Source: Octopus bimaculoides
Lineage: Eukaryota
NCBI RefSeq assembly: GCF_001194135.2
Contig: NC_068996.1
Location: 4,454,323 to 4,497,305, forward strand
Reading direction: 5' to 3'
DNA: 42,983 nucleotides
The notes below the pieces were generated by a model. It searched no databases. It was given only the letters and a program-made list of their open reading frames with translations, and was not told the DNA's origin. The translations under genes and the position numbers were made by a program. Positions 1 through 12,726 of the stretch are shown one piece after another; position 1 is the first letter of the stretch; each line of letters begins with the position of its first letter.

Positions 1-40
<40 letters not shown>

Positions 41-419
41 CAAGCGACAAATATTGGCTGTGTATATGACTATATATAGACTTTAATATTTTTTTTTTAC
101 AAAATGTCGACAGTGATTTCGAATTATGGGGCGTTGGTGGTTTTTCTATGTTAGTCTGGCAGTTGGATTAAGTCACTGCTAGCTAAACTTCCAAGAAACA
201 ACACGTATGTATATATATATATATGGACGGATGGATGGATGGATGTATACATATGTACGTATGTATTTATGTATACACACAAGGCTGTATAGACATATAT
301 ATATATATATATATATACATACATACAGAAGCAGATTGTCAGCGTTTAATTTACTTTCTTTAATACTTCATAACATCCTAACCCACCAACCACTCAGCCA
401 GCCAGCCAACCAGCCAGCC

Positions 420-510
420 ACCACCCGTCTTCTTCCTCATCACGGTGTCAACTACCACCACCATCCACATCACCATCTTACCCACTACTGCAACCACCAC
501 CACCACCACC

Positions 511-589
<79 letters not shown>

Positions 590-600
590 TCACCACCATC
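420..600. repeat. Compound trinucleotide microsatellite (CAC)n(TAC)n
   Basis: Direct reading; explains the poly-T, poly-H, poly-Y and poly-V ORFs. Confidence 0.95.
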
Positions 601-670
601 TCTATTACTGGCACCACGACGGAATATCACCGCCATCCCCAACCCAACATCTCCTTTAGCGAGTCATTAG

Positions 671-1436
671 NNNNNNNNNNNNNNNNNNNNNNNNNNNNNN
701 NNNNNNNNNNNNNNNNNNNNNNNNNNNNNNNNNNNNNNNNNNNNNNNNNNNNNNNNNNNNNNNNNNNNNNNNNNNNNNNNNNNNNNNNNNNNNNNNNNNN
801 NNNNNNNNNNNNNNNNNNNNNNNNNNNNNNNNNNNNNNNNNNNNNNNNNNNNNNNNNNNNNNNNNNNNNNNNNNNNNNNNNNNNNNNNNNNNNNNNNNNN
901 NNNNNNNNNNNNNNNNNNNNNNNNNNNNNNNNNNNNNNNNNNNNNNNNNNNNNNNNNNNNNNNNNNNNNNNNNNNNNNNNNNNNNNNNNNNNNNNNNNNN
1001 NNNNNNNNNNNNNNNNNNNNNNNNNNNNNNNNNNNNNNNNNNNNNNNNNNNNNNNNNNNNNNNNNNNNNNNNNNNNNNNNNNNNNNNNNNNNNNNNNNNN
1101 NNNNNNNNNNNNNNNNNNNNNNNNNNNNNNNNNNNNNNNNNNNNNNNNNNNNNNNNNNNNNNNNNNNNNNNNNNNNNNNNNNNNNNNNNNNNNNNNNNNN
1201 NNNNNNNNNNNNNNNNNNNNNNNNNNNNNNNNNNNNNNNNNNNNNNNNNNNNNNNNNNNNNNNNNNNNNNNNNNNNNNNNNNNNNNNNNNNNNNNNNNNN
1301 NNNNNNNNNNNNNNNNNNNNNNNNNNNNNNNNNNNNNNNNNNNNNNNNNNNNNNNNNNNNNNNNNNNNNNNNNNNNNNNNNNNNNNNNNNNNNNNNNNNN
1401 NNNNNNNNNNNNNNNNNNNNNNNNNNNNNNNNNNNN
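671..1436. other. Assembly gap (N). Other gaps at about 2172-2380, 9846-9969, 12968-12977, 14595-14784, 21774-22500, 24838-25709, 30219-30819, 31646-32025, 35838-35847, 37405-37996, 39002-39543, 39855-39864 and 41820-42302
   Basis: Runs of N; all ORFs containing X are artefacts. Confidence 1.
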
Positions 1437-1877
1437 CGCCGCCCCCACCACCACCACCTTTACCATTTCTACCGCCGCCGCGACCATCACGCAAGTTTTC
1501 CCCCTCTTAACACCAACACATCAACTTACCCAACCTAATTTCTTAATTTTCCCTTCCTTTCTCTGTCCGCCTCGACTGTCATTCTGTTGTACAGCAGATG
1601 GGCTACTGCTGAGATACCCAGAAGCACTACAGTTATATATATATATATATACATATGCATGTGTGTGCGTCTATATATGTGCATATATAAATATATACAC
1701 ATGTGTATGTATGTATCTGTATTATGTGGGTGGTGTATAAGATGTGTGTGTGTGTGTATACATAGGTATGTCAACAGATATATTACTTCGTTGATTCATA
1801 CACAGTGAAAGCTTTCATGCTCACACACGTTAACGTAAATACACACATGCATACCATACACACGGGCATAGTTATAC

Positions 1878-1911
<34 letters not shown>

Positions 1912-2029
1912 TGGCACACACGGGCACAAGCGACGGCATTGAGTAAGTAGGACAGTTCTAAGTTTTCTGTCAAACGATCATTTACATTTTTCATTAGTAT
2001 TATATATATTTTACAAAATCAAACATTTA

Positions 2030-2050
2030 AATACCACCACAACCACAACC

Positions 2051-2082
<32 letters not shown>

Positions 2083-2796
2083 CAACATCACCACAACCAG
2101 AACCACCACCACCACCATAACAACAACATCACCACAACCATCACCACAACCGCCTACACCACCACCACCACNNNNNNNNNNNNNNNNNNNNNNNNNNNNN
2201 NNNNNNNNNNNNNNNNNNNNNNNNNNNNNNNNNNNNNNNNNNNNNNNNNNNNNNNNNNNNNNNNNNNNNNNNNNNNNNNNNNNNNNNNNNNNNNNNNNNN
2301 NNNNNNNNNNNNNNNNNNNNNNNNNNNNNNNNNNNNNNNNNNNNNNNNNNNNNNNNNNNNNNNNNNNNNNNNNNNNNNNNCCACAACCACTACCGCCACA
2401 ACTACTACCTCCACCACCACCACCACCACCACTGCCACAACCACCGCCACAACCACCACCACCACCACTGCCACAACCACCACCACCACCGCTACCATCA
2501 CCGCCACCACCACATCCACCACCATCCTACCGTTATGAACATCACTATACTCTACCACTGCCAATACCGTGCCCATGCTATGGCCACCCCAGCCATTATA
2601 CTTCCAACGTCACCACTTCACCACTACCGCCACCACTACTATTACTAACCAAGAACATGATGCTGCTGTTGATGAGTTTGGGAACGACGACATTGTTTGA
2701 TAATGACGGCGATGATGACAGACGTCGTTGTTGACGGTAATGACGACGACGACGACGATGACAAAGGTGTTGATGATGACGATGATGATGATGATC

Positions 2797-2828
<32 letters not shown>

Positions 2829-3075
2829 GATGACAATGATGACGATGATGATGGTGATGATGAGGACGATGTGGATGATGATGATGATGATGACGATGAT
2901 GACAGTGACGACAAAGTTGATAATGTCAATGAAGACAACGACGATAATAGTGGTGGTGGTGGTGGTGGTCGTAACGGTGATAGTGGTGGTGATGGCGGTG
3001 GAGGCGCCGGAGTCGGCGTCAGCAGTCGGTGGTGGTGGTAGTGGTGTTGGTGGTGATGACGAATGCTGCTGCTGC
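2030..3075. repeat. Compound trinucleotide low-complexity block: (CAC/CAA) then (GAT/GGT/GAC)
   Basis: Direct reading; includes gap 2172-2380; explains the poly-D, poly-M and poly-V ORFs. Confidence 0.9.
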
Positions 3076-3371
3076 TCATGGTGATGTCGACGTAGATGTT
3101 GTACCTTAAATACTTCTGATACATACATACAGTCAAGTCTAACCCTGCTTTCCTTCCCCCCCCCCTTGTTGACTTTGTTTCCTTCACCCCCTCCTCCTTC
3201 TCCTCCTCATCTTTCATCCTCATCCTCCTCCGCATTTTCTGTCTCCCCCTCTTCCTCCCCTTCCTCCTCCTCCTCCACGCTTGCCGTTTTCACCTACTTT
3301 TATTTCGCTTTCTCTGTTCTTGTCTTCCTCTTTTTCTTTTTCCCTTCATCTCTAACACATTATCCACTCAC

Positions 3372-3700
3372 TCACCACAATCTCTCTCTCTCTCCCTCTC
3401 TCCCTCTCCCTCCCATCTTCTCCCTCTCTCTCTGTCCCTCAGCTTCTTTCTCTCTCCCTGTCCCTCCTATCTTCCCCCGTCTCTCTCTGTCCCTCCCCGT
3501 CTCTCTCTCTCCCTCTCCCTCTCTCCCTGTCCCTCCTATCTTCTTCCTCTCTCCCTGTCCCTCCTATCTTCTCCCTGTCCCTCCTATCTTCTCCCTCTCT
3601 CTCTGTCCCTCCTATCTTCTCCCTCTCTCCCTGTCCCTCCTATCTTCTCCCTCTCTCTCTGTCCCTCAGCTTCTCTCTCTCTCTCTCTCTCCATCTCTAC
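3372..3700. repeat. Polypyrimidine minisatellite, core CTGTCCCTCCTATCTT with (CT)n linkers
   Basis: Core at about 3458, 3527, 3555, 3575, 3603 and 3631; variant CTGTCCCTCAGCTTCT at both ends (about 3432 and 3659). Confidence 0.85.
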
Positions 3701-3829
3701 AAATCTGCTTTTTTCCTTCTTCCCTTGCTTTCAGTATTATTATCATTATTAACTCTTCACCATCCAAAATTATTATTATCATCGCTGTCGTTACTATTAT
3801 TGTTTGACTGCAAGAAATTATCATTATAA

Positions 3830-3956
3830 TAATATTACCACCACCACCACCACCACCACTACTACTACTACTACTACGACGACGACGACGACGACGACGA
3901 AGACGGCGACGACTAATGCGAAGAACAATAACAACAAAAACAACAACAACAACAAC

Positions 3957-3990
<34 letters not shown>

Positions 3991-3993
3991 GTG

Positions 3994-4027
<34 letters not shown>

Positions 4028-4045
4028 CCGTCACCATTATTATTC
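3830..4045. repeat. Compound microsatellite (CAC)(TAC)(GAC)(AAC)(AAT)(CAT)
   Basis: Direct reading. Confidence 0.95.
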
Positions 4046-4452
4046 ACTTCCCTCCCCGTCATCCTGTTGCCTTTGCATCAGTGTTATCAATGTGCTTCTG
4101 CTTATTGGTGGCTTGTCCCACTCAAGATGTTCAGGAACATACATACGTAAAAATGTGTGTTTGTGTGATTGTGTGTGCTGTGTGCTGTGTGATGTGTGTG
4201 TGTGATGTGTGTGGATGGATGGATGGATGGATGGATAAGGCCAACCGACACTCTTTAAACTCATAACACGTGAAACAATAGACATCGCTGTCGTGACCCT
4301 AACCACATTTATATCTTAAAGTCTAATTTCTTGCCTTTTTTTACTCTTCCCTTTCCTCCTACTGTCTCCTCATTCTTCACCCCCCCACTCTCTCTCTTCC
4401 TCTACATCCTCTCTTTATTCACTTACTAATCTTTTTTTCCCTTACTTTATGT

Positions 4453-4486
<34 letters not shown>

Positions 4487-4959
4487 AACGCCTAGTCGAC
4501 CCTGATGGTTGAAGAAAACCCTTTGCTTGACCAAAGGCATTTCAAATCTGACCATCCTGTCTTTTTTCCTGGTGTTGGTTATTTTAAGAAATATTTTGAA
4601 TATTTTGCATTTATCTAATTGTAATATCCTTTTTTTTTATTTCTTCATTTTAATTTCATTTTATTTATTATATTTTTTTAAGACTTCAGTAGGGTTTCAG
4701 AGAAAAGTCGGTTGCTATTTTTAGCTGGATGGGCCACCATACTGACTCACTCGTTGGATCGTCAAGTCTTATGAGAAACATAAGGAATGCAGGGGCTGAC
4801 AACCAAGCCTGTACGCAGTCGCACGACCAGCTAGAAATAGCAACTAAATTCTCCTTCATATTGAAACGCTAAAGGACATTAATCACCGTAGTTCTAGAAT
4901 GGTCTTAGACAGCTTTCTGATCCTACGTCTACTTATTAAGGACTGAAAAGATTCTGACT

Positions 4960-5400
4960 TTCTTGGATATAATATCATTCCTACTTTCTTGGATGCAATA
5001 TAATTCCCACTCAGACCATCTACCAACAACCATCTACCAAGATCAACAACATCAACAACACTTACAACATCCCCTCTCACATGCAATCCACATACACTCT
5101 ACAATACTCGCAAACTGCAACTCGCCATTGCAAAATATCTCTCGTTTAGTCTCCTGATGCATCTGCAACACATTAAAACGTGTGATTGCAAACACCAGCA
5201 AAGCTACCATATTCCCTTTTGGTCCTGATGCATCTACAATGTCCAACAACACGAGTTTACGTCTCCCTCTATTCAGACCCATCTTACAAAATGCACAGCA
5301 ACACTATGCCGCCATGCCTCACGCTCAGTCTAGGATCACATAAATGTTACATAAGAATGGCGACAGCATAAACAGCCTCAAAACATTGTTCCTGGCACAT
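4960..5400 (+). pseudogene. Possible decayed LINE (CR1/L2-like) 3' relic
   Basis: A/C-rich non-microsatellite tract. Fragments HTLYNTRKLQL and LRLPLFRP...DSINSLKTLFL weakly resemble CR1/L2 ORF2 C-termini. Confidence 0.2.
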
Positions 5401-5441
5401 TCAACAAGTGTGCGTATGGGCGGGGGAGGGGCGAATATGCA

Positions 5442-5598
5442 GGCGCATGCGTGGCTGTGCGGTAAAAAGGTTGCTTCCCATTCACATGGTACCTGGTTCA
5501 GTCTCACTGCGTGGCATCTTGGCCATCTTCCACTATAGCTTAGGACCAACCAAAGGCTTGCGAATGGATTTGGTAAACGGAAACTGAAAGAAGCCCGT

Positions 5599-5649
<51 letters not shown>

Positions 5650-5859
5650 GTGTGTACGTATGTATGTGTATCGGCCTGTCTGTGCTTGTACCCCACCACC
5701 ACTTGAAAACCGGTGTTGGTGTGTTTACATAGCAGTTCAGCAAAAGAGACCGATAGAATAAGTACTAGACTTAAAATATAAGCCCTGGAATAGATTTGTT
5801 CGACTAAAACACATCAAGGCATGACCGCTGTCAGTTGACTGAAAACAAATAAAAGAGTA
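5442..5859 (+). mobile_element. SINE family A (tRNA head, CORE-like segment, internal microsatellite, conserved tail), near full length
   Basis: GGCGCATGCGTGGCTGTGCGG head; GGATTTGGTAAACGGAAACTGAAAGAAGCCCGTCG; internal (AT)n; tail GAGACCGATAGAATAAGTACTAG...GACTGAAAACAAATAAAAGAG. Colinear with copies at 19477, 20244 and 38860. Confidence 0.88.
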
Positions 5860-5892
5860 ACAGTAACTCCTGTTCTCCGACCGAACCCACTT

Positions 5893-5997
5893 CGACTCTC
5901 TTTAGGCTGGAATCTGTACCTCCAGTACGTAACGGCAGACGGAATACTGCTATGCATTTCGTCCGGCGTGCTAACAATTCTGCCAGCTCACTACCTT
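5893..5997 (-). mobile_element. SINE family B, head fragment
   Basis: Reverse complement GTGAGCTGGCAGAATTGTTAGCACGCCGGACGAAATGCATAGCAGTATTCCGTCTGCCGTTACG, matching heads at 29225 and 34724. Confidence 0.75.
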
Positions 5998-6280
5998 ACC
6001 TCAGAAGTAATATAAACGTCCTAAATTCAATGACGGCGTTAATGAAGATGTTACGCATTAATTTGATGTGTTAAACTTATCTTTATTAATGTATACTGTA
6101 TTATACATAGATGTATACAAGATTTACACAGAGAAAAGAGTTAGAATTTGTGATCTGCCTGCAGACCTTTTTCTTAGGAAATTTTTGCTCGCCGCACTGA
6201 TAAGTTTCCCCACCCCTGCATTAGACCGACCGGCCATCTAGAAGGCATACGTGCGTGATTGACCTCGGCTGTCCAGTCCA

Positions 6281-6413
6281 CCGAGGTCGACTTAGCTTTC
6301 CATCCCCTCGGTGGTTGATAAAATAAGTACCAGTTAATTCACTGGGATCGATGTAATTGACTCCCCTACCTCCCGGAATTGCTGCCCTTGTGGGAAAATT
6401 TGAAACCAATATT
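6281..6413 (+). mobile_element. SINE family B body and tail lacking the usual head
   Basis: CCGAGGTCGACTTAGCTTTCCATCCCCTCGGTGGTTGATAAAATAAGTACCAG...CTTGTGGGAAAATTTGAAACCAATATT. Confidence 0.8.
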
Positions 6414-6559
6414 ATTACGGCGAGTACTGTCACCATTTAACATGATTTTTAATAAGCATGAGCACCACCTTTCCTTCACCTTCACACACACACACACACA
6501 CCTGAACACGCATTTTTTACCATGCTTATTGATGTCCTTTTAAGGCTTAAAAGTTGTTG

Positions 6560-6648
6560 AAGTTGGGAGCCAGGTGATTACATCGATCCCCAAGTATTCG
6601 ACTGGTATCCCCGAAAGGGTGAAAACCAAAGTCGATCTCAGCTGAATG
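6560..6648 (-). mobile_element. SINE family B, internally deleted fragment
   Basis: GATTACATCGATCCCCA..ACTGGTATCCCCGAAAGGGTGAAAACCAAAGTCGATCTCAGC on +, the reverse complement of the B body. Confidence 0.7.
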
Positions 6649-6748
6649 TACCTTATTGTCGTGTTTCCATTTTCGTTTTGACTGTAAGTCATAAATGATA
6701 GATCAATGCACGTAACACAATCAATACAGGTGAACGTCGCAGATCGTG

Positions 6749-6780
<32 letters not shown>

Positions 6781-6824
6781 GGCGGCGGCGGTGGTGTTTA
6801 GTCTAATTCGACTTTGTTCCAGCA

Positions 6825-6988
6825 AATCAAATCTACGCTGAAAGGCATTTGAACCGTGATTTCCCCGTCGAATAAAATGTTATCTTTTAAGAAAACTTCA
6901 TTATCCAATTCGCCATTGTTTCTTTTTTATAAAATACAGTAGGGTGTGATGTAAAGGAAATTCGGCTGCCATTTCTAACAGCTCGAGG
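6825..6988 (+). repeat. Unclassified two-module dispersed repeat (D+E), copy 1
   Basis: D: AAAGGCATTTGAACCGTGATTTCCCCGTC 6841-69. E: AGGGTGTGATGTAAAGGAAATTCGGCTGCCATTTCTAACAG from 6941. Confidence 0.5.
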
Positions 6989-7701
6989 TTCGTAGATCCC
7001 TTGTTAGGTCTAAAGCCTCACCACAGTGGTTCGGCAAAATGAAAGAAAAATCTACAGCCATAAAGTGAAATTAGTGGTAACCCATTTGGAGTTGTTCTTT
7101 AATTATTGCTAATATAAGGAACTATTAGACACTAAGTTTTTCTTCGACTCTTCGTACTAGACTGGCACAACCTTTTGCTTGCTCTAACACGAAAGATGTA
7201 ACAAACTACTTCCAATGACAGACAACTATGGCATTATAGTTTCTACATTTATATAAAACAGTTTATATTATTAAATAGCCAATGGGCAGCTGTGGGTGTT
7301 AGCCTAACATATGTCTTCAACCGGACGCTTCGTTTTAAACTTTGCTTTTATGTTCTACAAATCGTTGTATCATTTATATATCTTACCGTATTTATTCATT
7401 TATTAGCACATTACATCACTACGTTCTATCTTATTCCATGTTGGGCCGCATTTTATCTTCTTAGTTTTTATGCCGTATGCAAGAATACTTTGTCTTATTT
7501 ATTCTGGGTTCCCCCACTTTAAGTTTAAATCTCACCGAGATCAGCAACGTTCTAGTTCGATAATAAAGCATCAGTTAAAATCCCCCCTCTCTCTCTCTCT
7601 CTCCCCCCCTCTCTCTCTCTCTCCCCCCTCTTTCTTTGTTGGCGCTTCCTGCTGGGAGCTTGTTTTTCTAAATTGTAGTTTTAAAACAGGACACCCAAGA
7701 T

Positions 7702-7944
7702 CAGTGGCCCTCAACCGGAGTTTGCATAACCCTCCTTGGGATCCACATAAGATTTTGTTGTTAAAATTTATCTACAATAAATAATAATTCTACAATACAC
7801 AGAATATTTCAAAAAATTTAACAAATTTCCTTATGATATTTAATTATAAAAATGTAATAGGATTTTTGGAACACTGAATGGTGCTGGGGGTCCAGTGGAG
7901 TAGAAGAGGAATCAAGGGGTCCACGGGCAAAAAAGATAACCACG
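7702..7944 (+). mobile_element. Decayed hAT (Charlie/Buster-like) MITE
   Basis: Starts CAGTGGCCCTCAACC (resembles the CAGTGGTTCTCAACC terminus); recurring GGGGTCCA subterminal motifs at about 7738, 7887 and 7916; degenerate right end AAAAAAGATAACCAC. TSD not identified. Confidence 0.55.
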
Positions 7945-8854
7945 CCTCTTGATAATGAAAGAATGGTGAACGGCTGGAAAGCAGCTGACCATTAGAAAGC
8001 ACCTCCATTAGTACTTGTATATGATAATGTACAGCATTCCTCAATGACGTAAGTACATTGCATTACATAGTGTAGCTTTAAAAAAATAACCCTTTAAAAC
8101 TGGATGGTCATGGGTGGAAAGATTTAGATCGTAGGGTTAGTCAATCAAAGTTGACTTTGTACAAAACACTAACAAAAAGAATTATACGGCACTCACTGAC
8201 ACACGCAAAGGCACGTGCACGCACTCTCATTCATTACGAAACACTAAATATTTGAGTTTTTTTATTTTGAGGTTTTTTTTTGTTTGTTTTTTGCATTCAG
8301 GACACACAGTTGCTCTCACTCTACAGAACAGACTAATGACGAACTCAACCAGTTCTACCTGTCTTTTTCGAATGCCTCATCGAATGTATCTATTTAATCA
8401 TATAGAGAAGGGAAAGGAGGAGGGGAGAGAAAGAAGGAGAAGAAAGAAGGAGAGACGGAAAGAAAGGAGGTGAAGGCGTAGAGCTCAATCGCTTCTGAAA
8501 AACGCAACGACCAACAGGTGCTGTCTGTTGTTGGTTTACAGAAAGATTTGTCATTGAGACATGGTGTTCATTGGCACAACGAAGCTGAATGGGAGCTAAT
8601 TTAACACAGACATATATATATTTATTTATAATATATCCACAAACACCCTATTTCAATATTTTAGGAAATTAAAAAATATCACCAACGACTGTTTGGAAAC
8701 GCAAAGTCTGGTGTACTTCATAGTATCCAATTCTATATTCTAGCGAATTCTTTCGTTAGGGGTCTTAGTTTTCTTGACTGCAATTCATAAATTACTAATT
8801 ATATCTGTCTGTCTGTCCCCTCTCTATCAATCTATCTATCTATCTATCTATCTG

Positions 8855-8891
<37 letters not shown>

Positions 8892-9770
8892 ATATATATA
8901 TATATATATATATACACGTATATACACTTATTTGCACAGTTTCTCACTGAGAACGAATGAGTGGAGTGGAAAGAGAGAGAGAGAGATGAAAAGAAATTAT
9001 GGCGGCTTATACGAGTAGAATTCTATTACGAAGGAAATTATTTGCTATTCCAAAGCTCTTTTAAAATTATATCCCATTTGTTGCCATAAAGTTCCAATCG
9101 CCTTCAGCCTACATACAGCTTGTTAATTGTTGAAGAAACTACGTAAGATTTCTCATTAATATTTACAACTCTACTTTAAAAAAAAATAGCAAATAAAAAT
9201 TTTTTTTCAAATAAAAATTAGGAAACAGTAAAAGAAATACAAAACATGGGGGGAAAAAAACCGGTTTCGAAAAACAATTCATTCAACCACTTACCATTGT
9301 CTCGCAAAACAGATGGCATAAAAATTAATTGACAAATAATATTAAAAAAAATAATAATAATAAAGCTTCACATAAACAATTAACTAATTAACTAATTAAT
9401 TTATTAATTAATTTATAAGGGATAAAACAAAAGGTAAAGTAAGAATGATTCTATAAATTGGGTAAATCATTAAATAAGTCAAACAATTAAATTTTAATTT
9501 TAATTAAATAAAATCAATAATTAAATTAAGGTATTAAAAATACATATGCATAATATTAATGAAATTTGAATCATAAACAAAGAAAAAAAGAAGGAAAATA
9601 AAATGTAAAAAAGTATAAAGTATAAGAAATATAAAAATTTGAAATAGAATATATAAAACAATGAAATAAAAGCAGGTGTGTGTGTATAAATATGTGTGTG
9701 TGTGTATCCACTTTCACACATACATGTGACTATATATAGACATATACATATAGCTATGAGTAAATATGCA

Positions 9771-9845
<75 letters not shown>

Positions 9846-10539
9846 NNNNNNNNNNNNNNNNNNNNNNNNNNNNNNNNNNNNNNNNNNNNNNNNNNNNNNN
9901 NNNNNNNNNNNNNNNNNNNNNNNNNNNNNNNNNNNNNNNNNNNNNNNNNNNNNNNNNNNNNNNNNNNNNATTTTAGCAGTATAACGTTATTTAATACTTT
10001 ATTATAGCGTGTAGGTTATAATAATAAAATACATACGTGTTTTAATTGAATAAATTTAAACTAAGTATTGAAAAGTATAAAAAAAAGAATAAAAATGAAA
10101 AATTGATAATAAACTCGAAAAAGAATAAAATTAACGAAAAAAATATTTATAAATGTCAAAGGAGAAAGGTTGAACTTTTCTATAATTAGAGAAAAAAAAT
10201 TTGTAATTTAATATACCAGTAATTTTTTTTAAATGATCTTACATGAAATAATTTATGAATGCTATAAAAATACAATTTAAATAAAAAGTAAAATAAAACA
10301 AACATTAATGAATTTTGGATTCTGATTCTTGATAATTTGATAAAATTTAGTGAGTGAATAATATCTATTTACCTGTTAACGCATACACTCACGCTCACAC
10401 ACATATATATGTAATTTATGTGTGTATATATCTATGTGTGTGTGAGTGCATACACATACAGCTATTCATCTATAGATATATGTATGTATATACCCTCTGT
10501 TTATATATATATATATATCTGTGTATCTTCCTGTTTGTA

Positions 10540-10682
10540 CCTACCTACCTACCTACCTACCTATTTACCCATCTACATACAAGCATGCATACATCCATTC
10601 CTATCTATCTACCTTCCTAACTGTCCACCTACCTACGAACCACCTCTCTCTTTCACACACACTCTCTCTCTTTCTCCCTTTG

Positions 10683-10762
<80 letters not shown>

Positions 10763-10765
10763 CCT
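10540..10765. repeat. (CTAC)n and (CTAT)n tetranucleotide microsatellites
   Basis: Direct reading. Confidence 0.9.
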
Positions 10766-11735
10766 GTATGCCTATCCTAGCTGTCCGTTTATCTGCCTAT
10801 CAGTCAATCGATCGATCTTTCTCCCTGACCCCTCTGTCCTCTCCGTATCTACATTAATTTTTACTGGATGTATACATCTGTGGATAATACGATGGTTTGG
10901 TTACCCGGGTAGCCGGGTGGATAAAAATGCTTTTATTTGTTCGCATAAACCTCTAACTCTTAGCCTCTCTCTCTCCCTACCCATCAATCATCTTATCTGC
11001 CTCCATTCTTTATCGTTTATTCCCGTCTCTCTTTTTTATACACACTCTCTCTTTCTCTCTCCCTCTCGTATAAACAAACACACACTCCCATCCACCTTTA
11101 CATTCACTCTCTTTCCCCTACACACACACTCTCTCTCTATGATTCTTTTTTTCTTTTTTTTTGTCTTTACACCCTTCCTCTTCTGCTTCATATTCTTGTC
11201 CCTTGCTCTCCCATCATCTTGAATATATTTAGTTCTCCCCTAGAAAGGATTGTAGAATAAGTCTTCAATAGATGTATGCTTAAAGAACACAGATGCATGC
11301 TCATTAACCATACATACATGAATGTGCATACATACATATATACATACATAAACATACATTCATGTTTATTAACCTTACTCTACGATATAAACTTATATGC
11401 AATTTATTCATAAATACACGCTTTTTCACTAATTTATTGTTGCCAAGTCAATGGTTTATCCTTCAGATTATTTACTTCGCTATTTATAATGCATTAATAA
11501 GCATTCATGTTTACATGCATATAATAAGTAAACACACACACAAATACCCCACACACTGACCTCTCAAAGAACCCTTTCACTCACGTACACAATATACCCA
11601 AATCATACTCACGCTTAGACAAGAAGTCATCGACACCGTTCGCTTTACACACGAGAACAACACTTTATCTTTTAATGAAATGATACCTCTCCGAATATCC
11701 ATCCATCCATCTATCTATCTTTATATCTACCTACA

Positions 11736-11783
<48 letters not shown>

Positions 11784-12469
11784 TTATATGTATGTATGTA
11801 TATATATATATATATATATACATATATATATACATATATATAGTTACATATATTTATATATATATATATAATTATATATACACATATATATAAATGCAGA
11901 CAAAACGCATACATCCATCTATATATATTTATATATATATGTGTGTGTGTGAGTGTGTGTGTGTCTGTGTCTGTGCATGTATACGTACAGAGGCAAATCA
12001 CACACGCATATGTATTTATACATACACATATATATGTATACACACACACACAAATATGAACGGAGTGGAAATATGGAGATATGTACTGGTGGGTAACCAT
12101 ATGATATAAATTTGTGTGTGTGTGTGTGTGTGTGTGCGTGCGTGAGAGAGTACAGGTCTATGTTAGCTTAAATATAATAGGGGACATTTTAAATATACTA
12201 AGGGACAACACAATTTAACAGTTGCTCAACAAAACATTAAAGAAGATTTTGTTTGAAAGTTTCTTAAATATTTTATGCGCAACACCAAGTGCATATTTAT
12301 ATACATGCCTTTACACACAGGCGCACGCATATATATGCACACATAAACATACACTCATACATACCTGAATAACCCAATTGTCTAACTTTTACTTTCTACT
12401 TTTGTCAGACTCTGGTATGAAGCGCATAGTGCAAAATTTATTGCACTATACGACAGAATTATGAATATC

Positions 12470-12503
<34 letters not shown>

Positions 12504-12689
12504 TGTATATACATACATACATAAATGCATGCATGTATAAATACATTCATACATACATATGTGTGTGTAAATATATAAAAATATACTCACACACATATAT
12601 ACATATATATATGTGCGTATGTATATATATATGTGTGTGTGTGTATGTGCTCATTCCCACAGTTATACAGGTCAGTTTACACATCAACT

Positions 12690-12726
<37 letters not shown>

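Noticed and set aside
1595-1631. Short GC-richer stretch after a good acceptor
   Set aside because: No convincing donor and no recognisable peptide.
207-4266. Many long ORFs (poly-T, -V, -D, -H, -M, -S; up to 431 aa)
   Set aside because: Translations of trinucleotide or CT microsatellites and N gaps; open in several frames on both strands.
7861-8048. Apparent exon (TAG| ... |GTAAGT)
   Set aside because: All three frames contain stops and the first part lies in the hAT-like MITE.
12663-12670. 8-nt micro-exon CCCACAG|TTATACAG|GTCAGT
   Set aside because: Poor pyrimidine tract and embedded in microsatellites; expected by chance.
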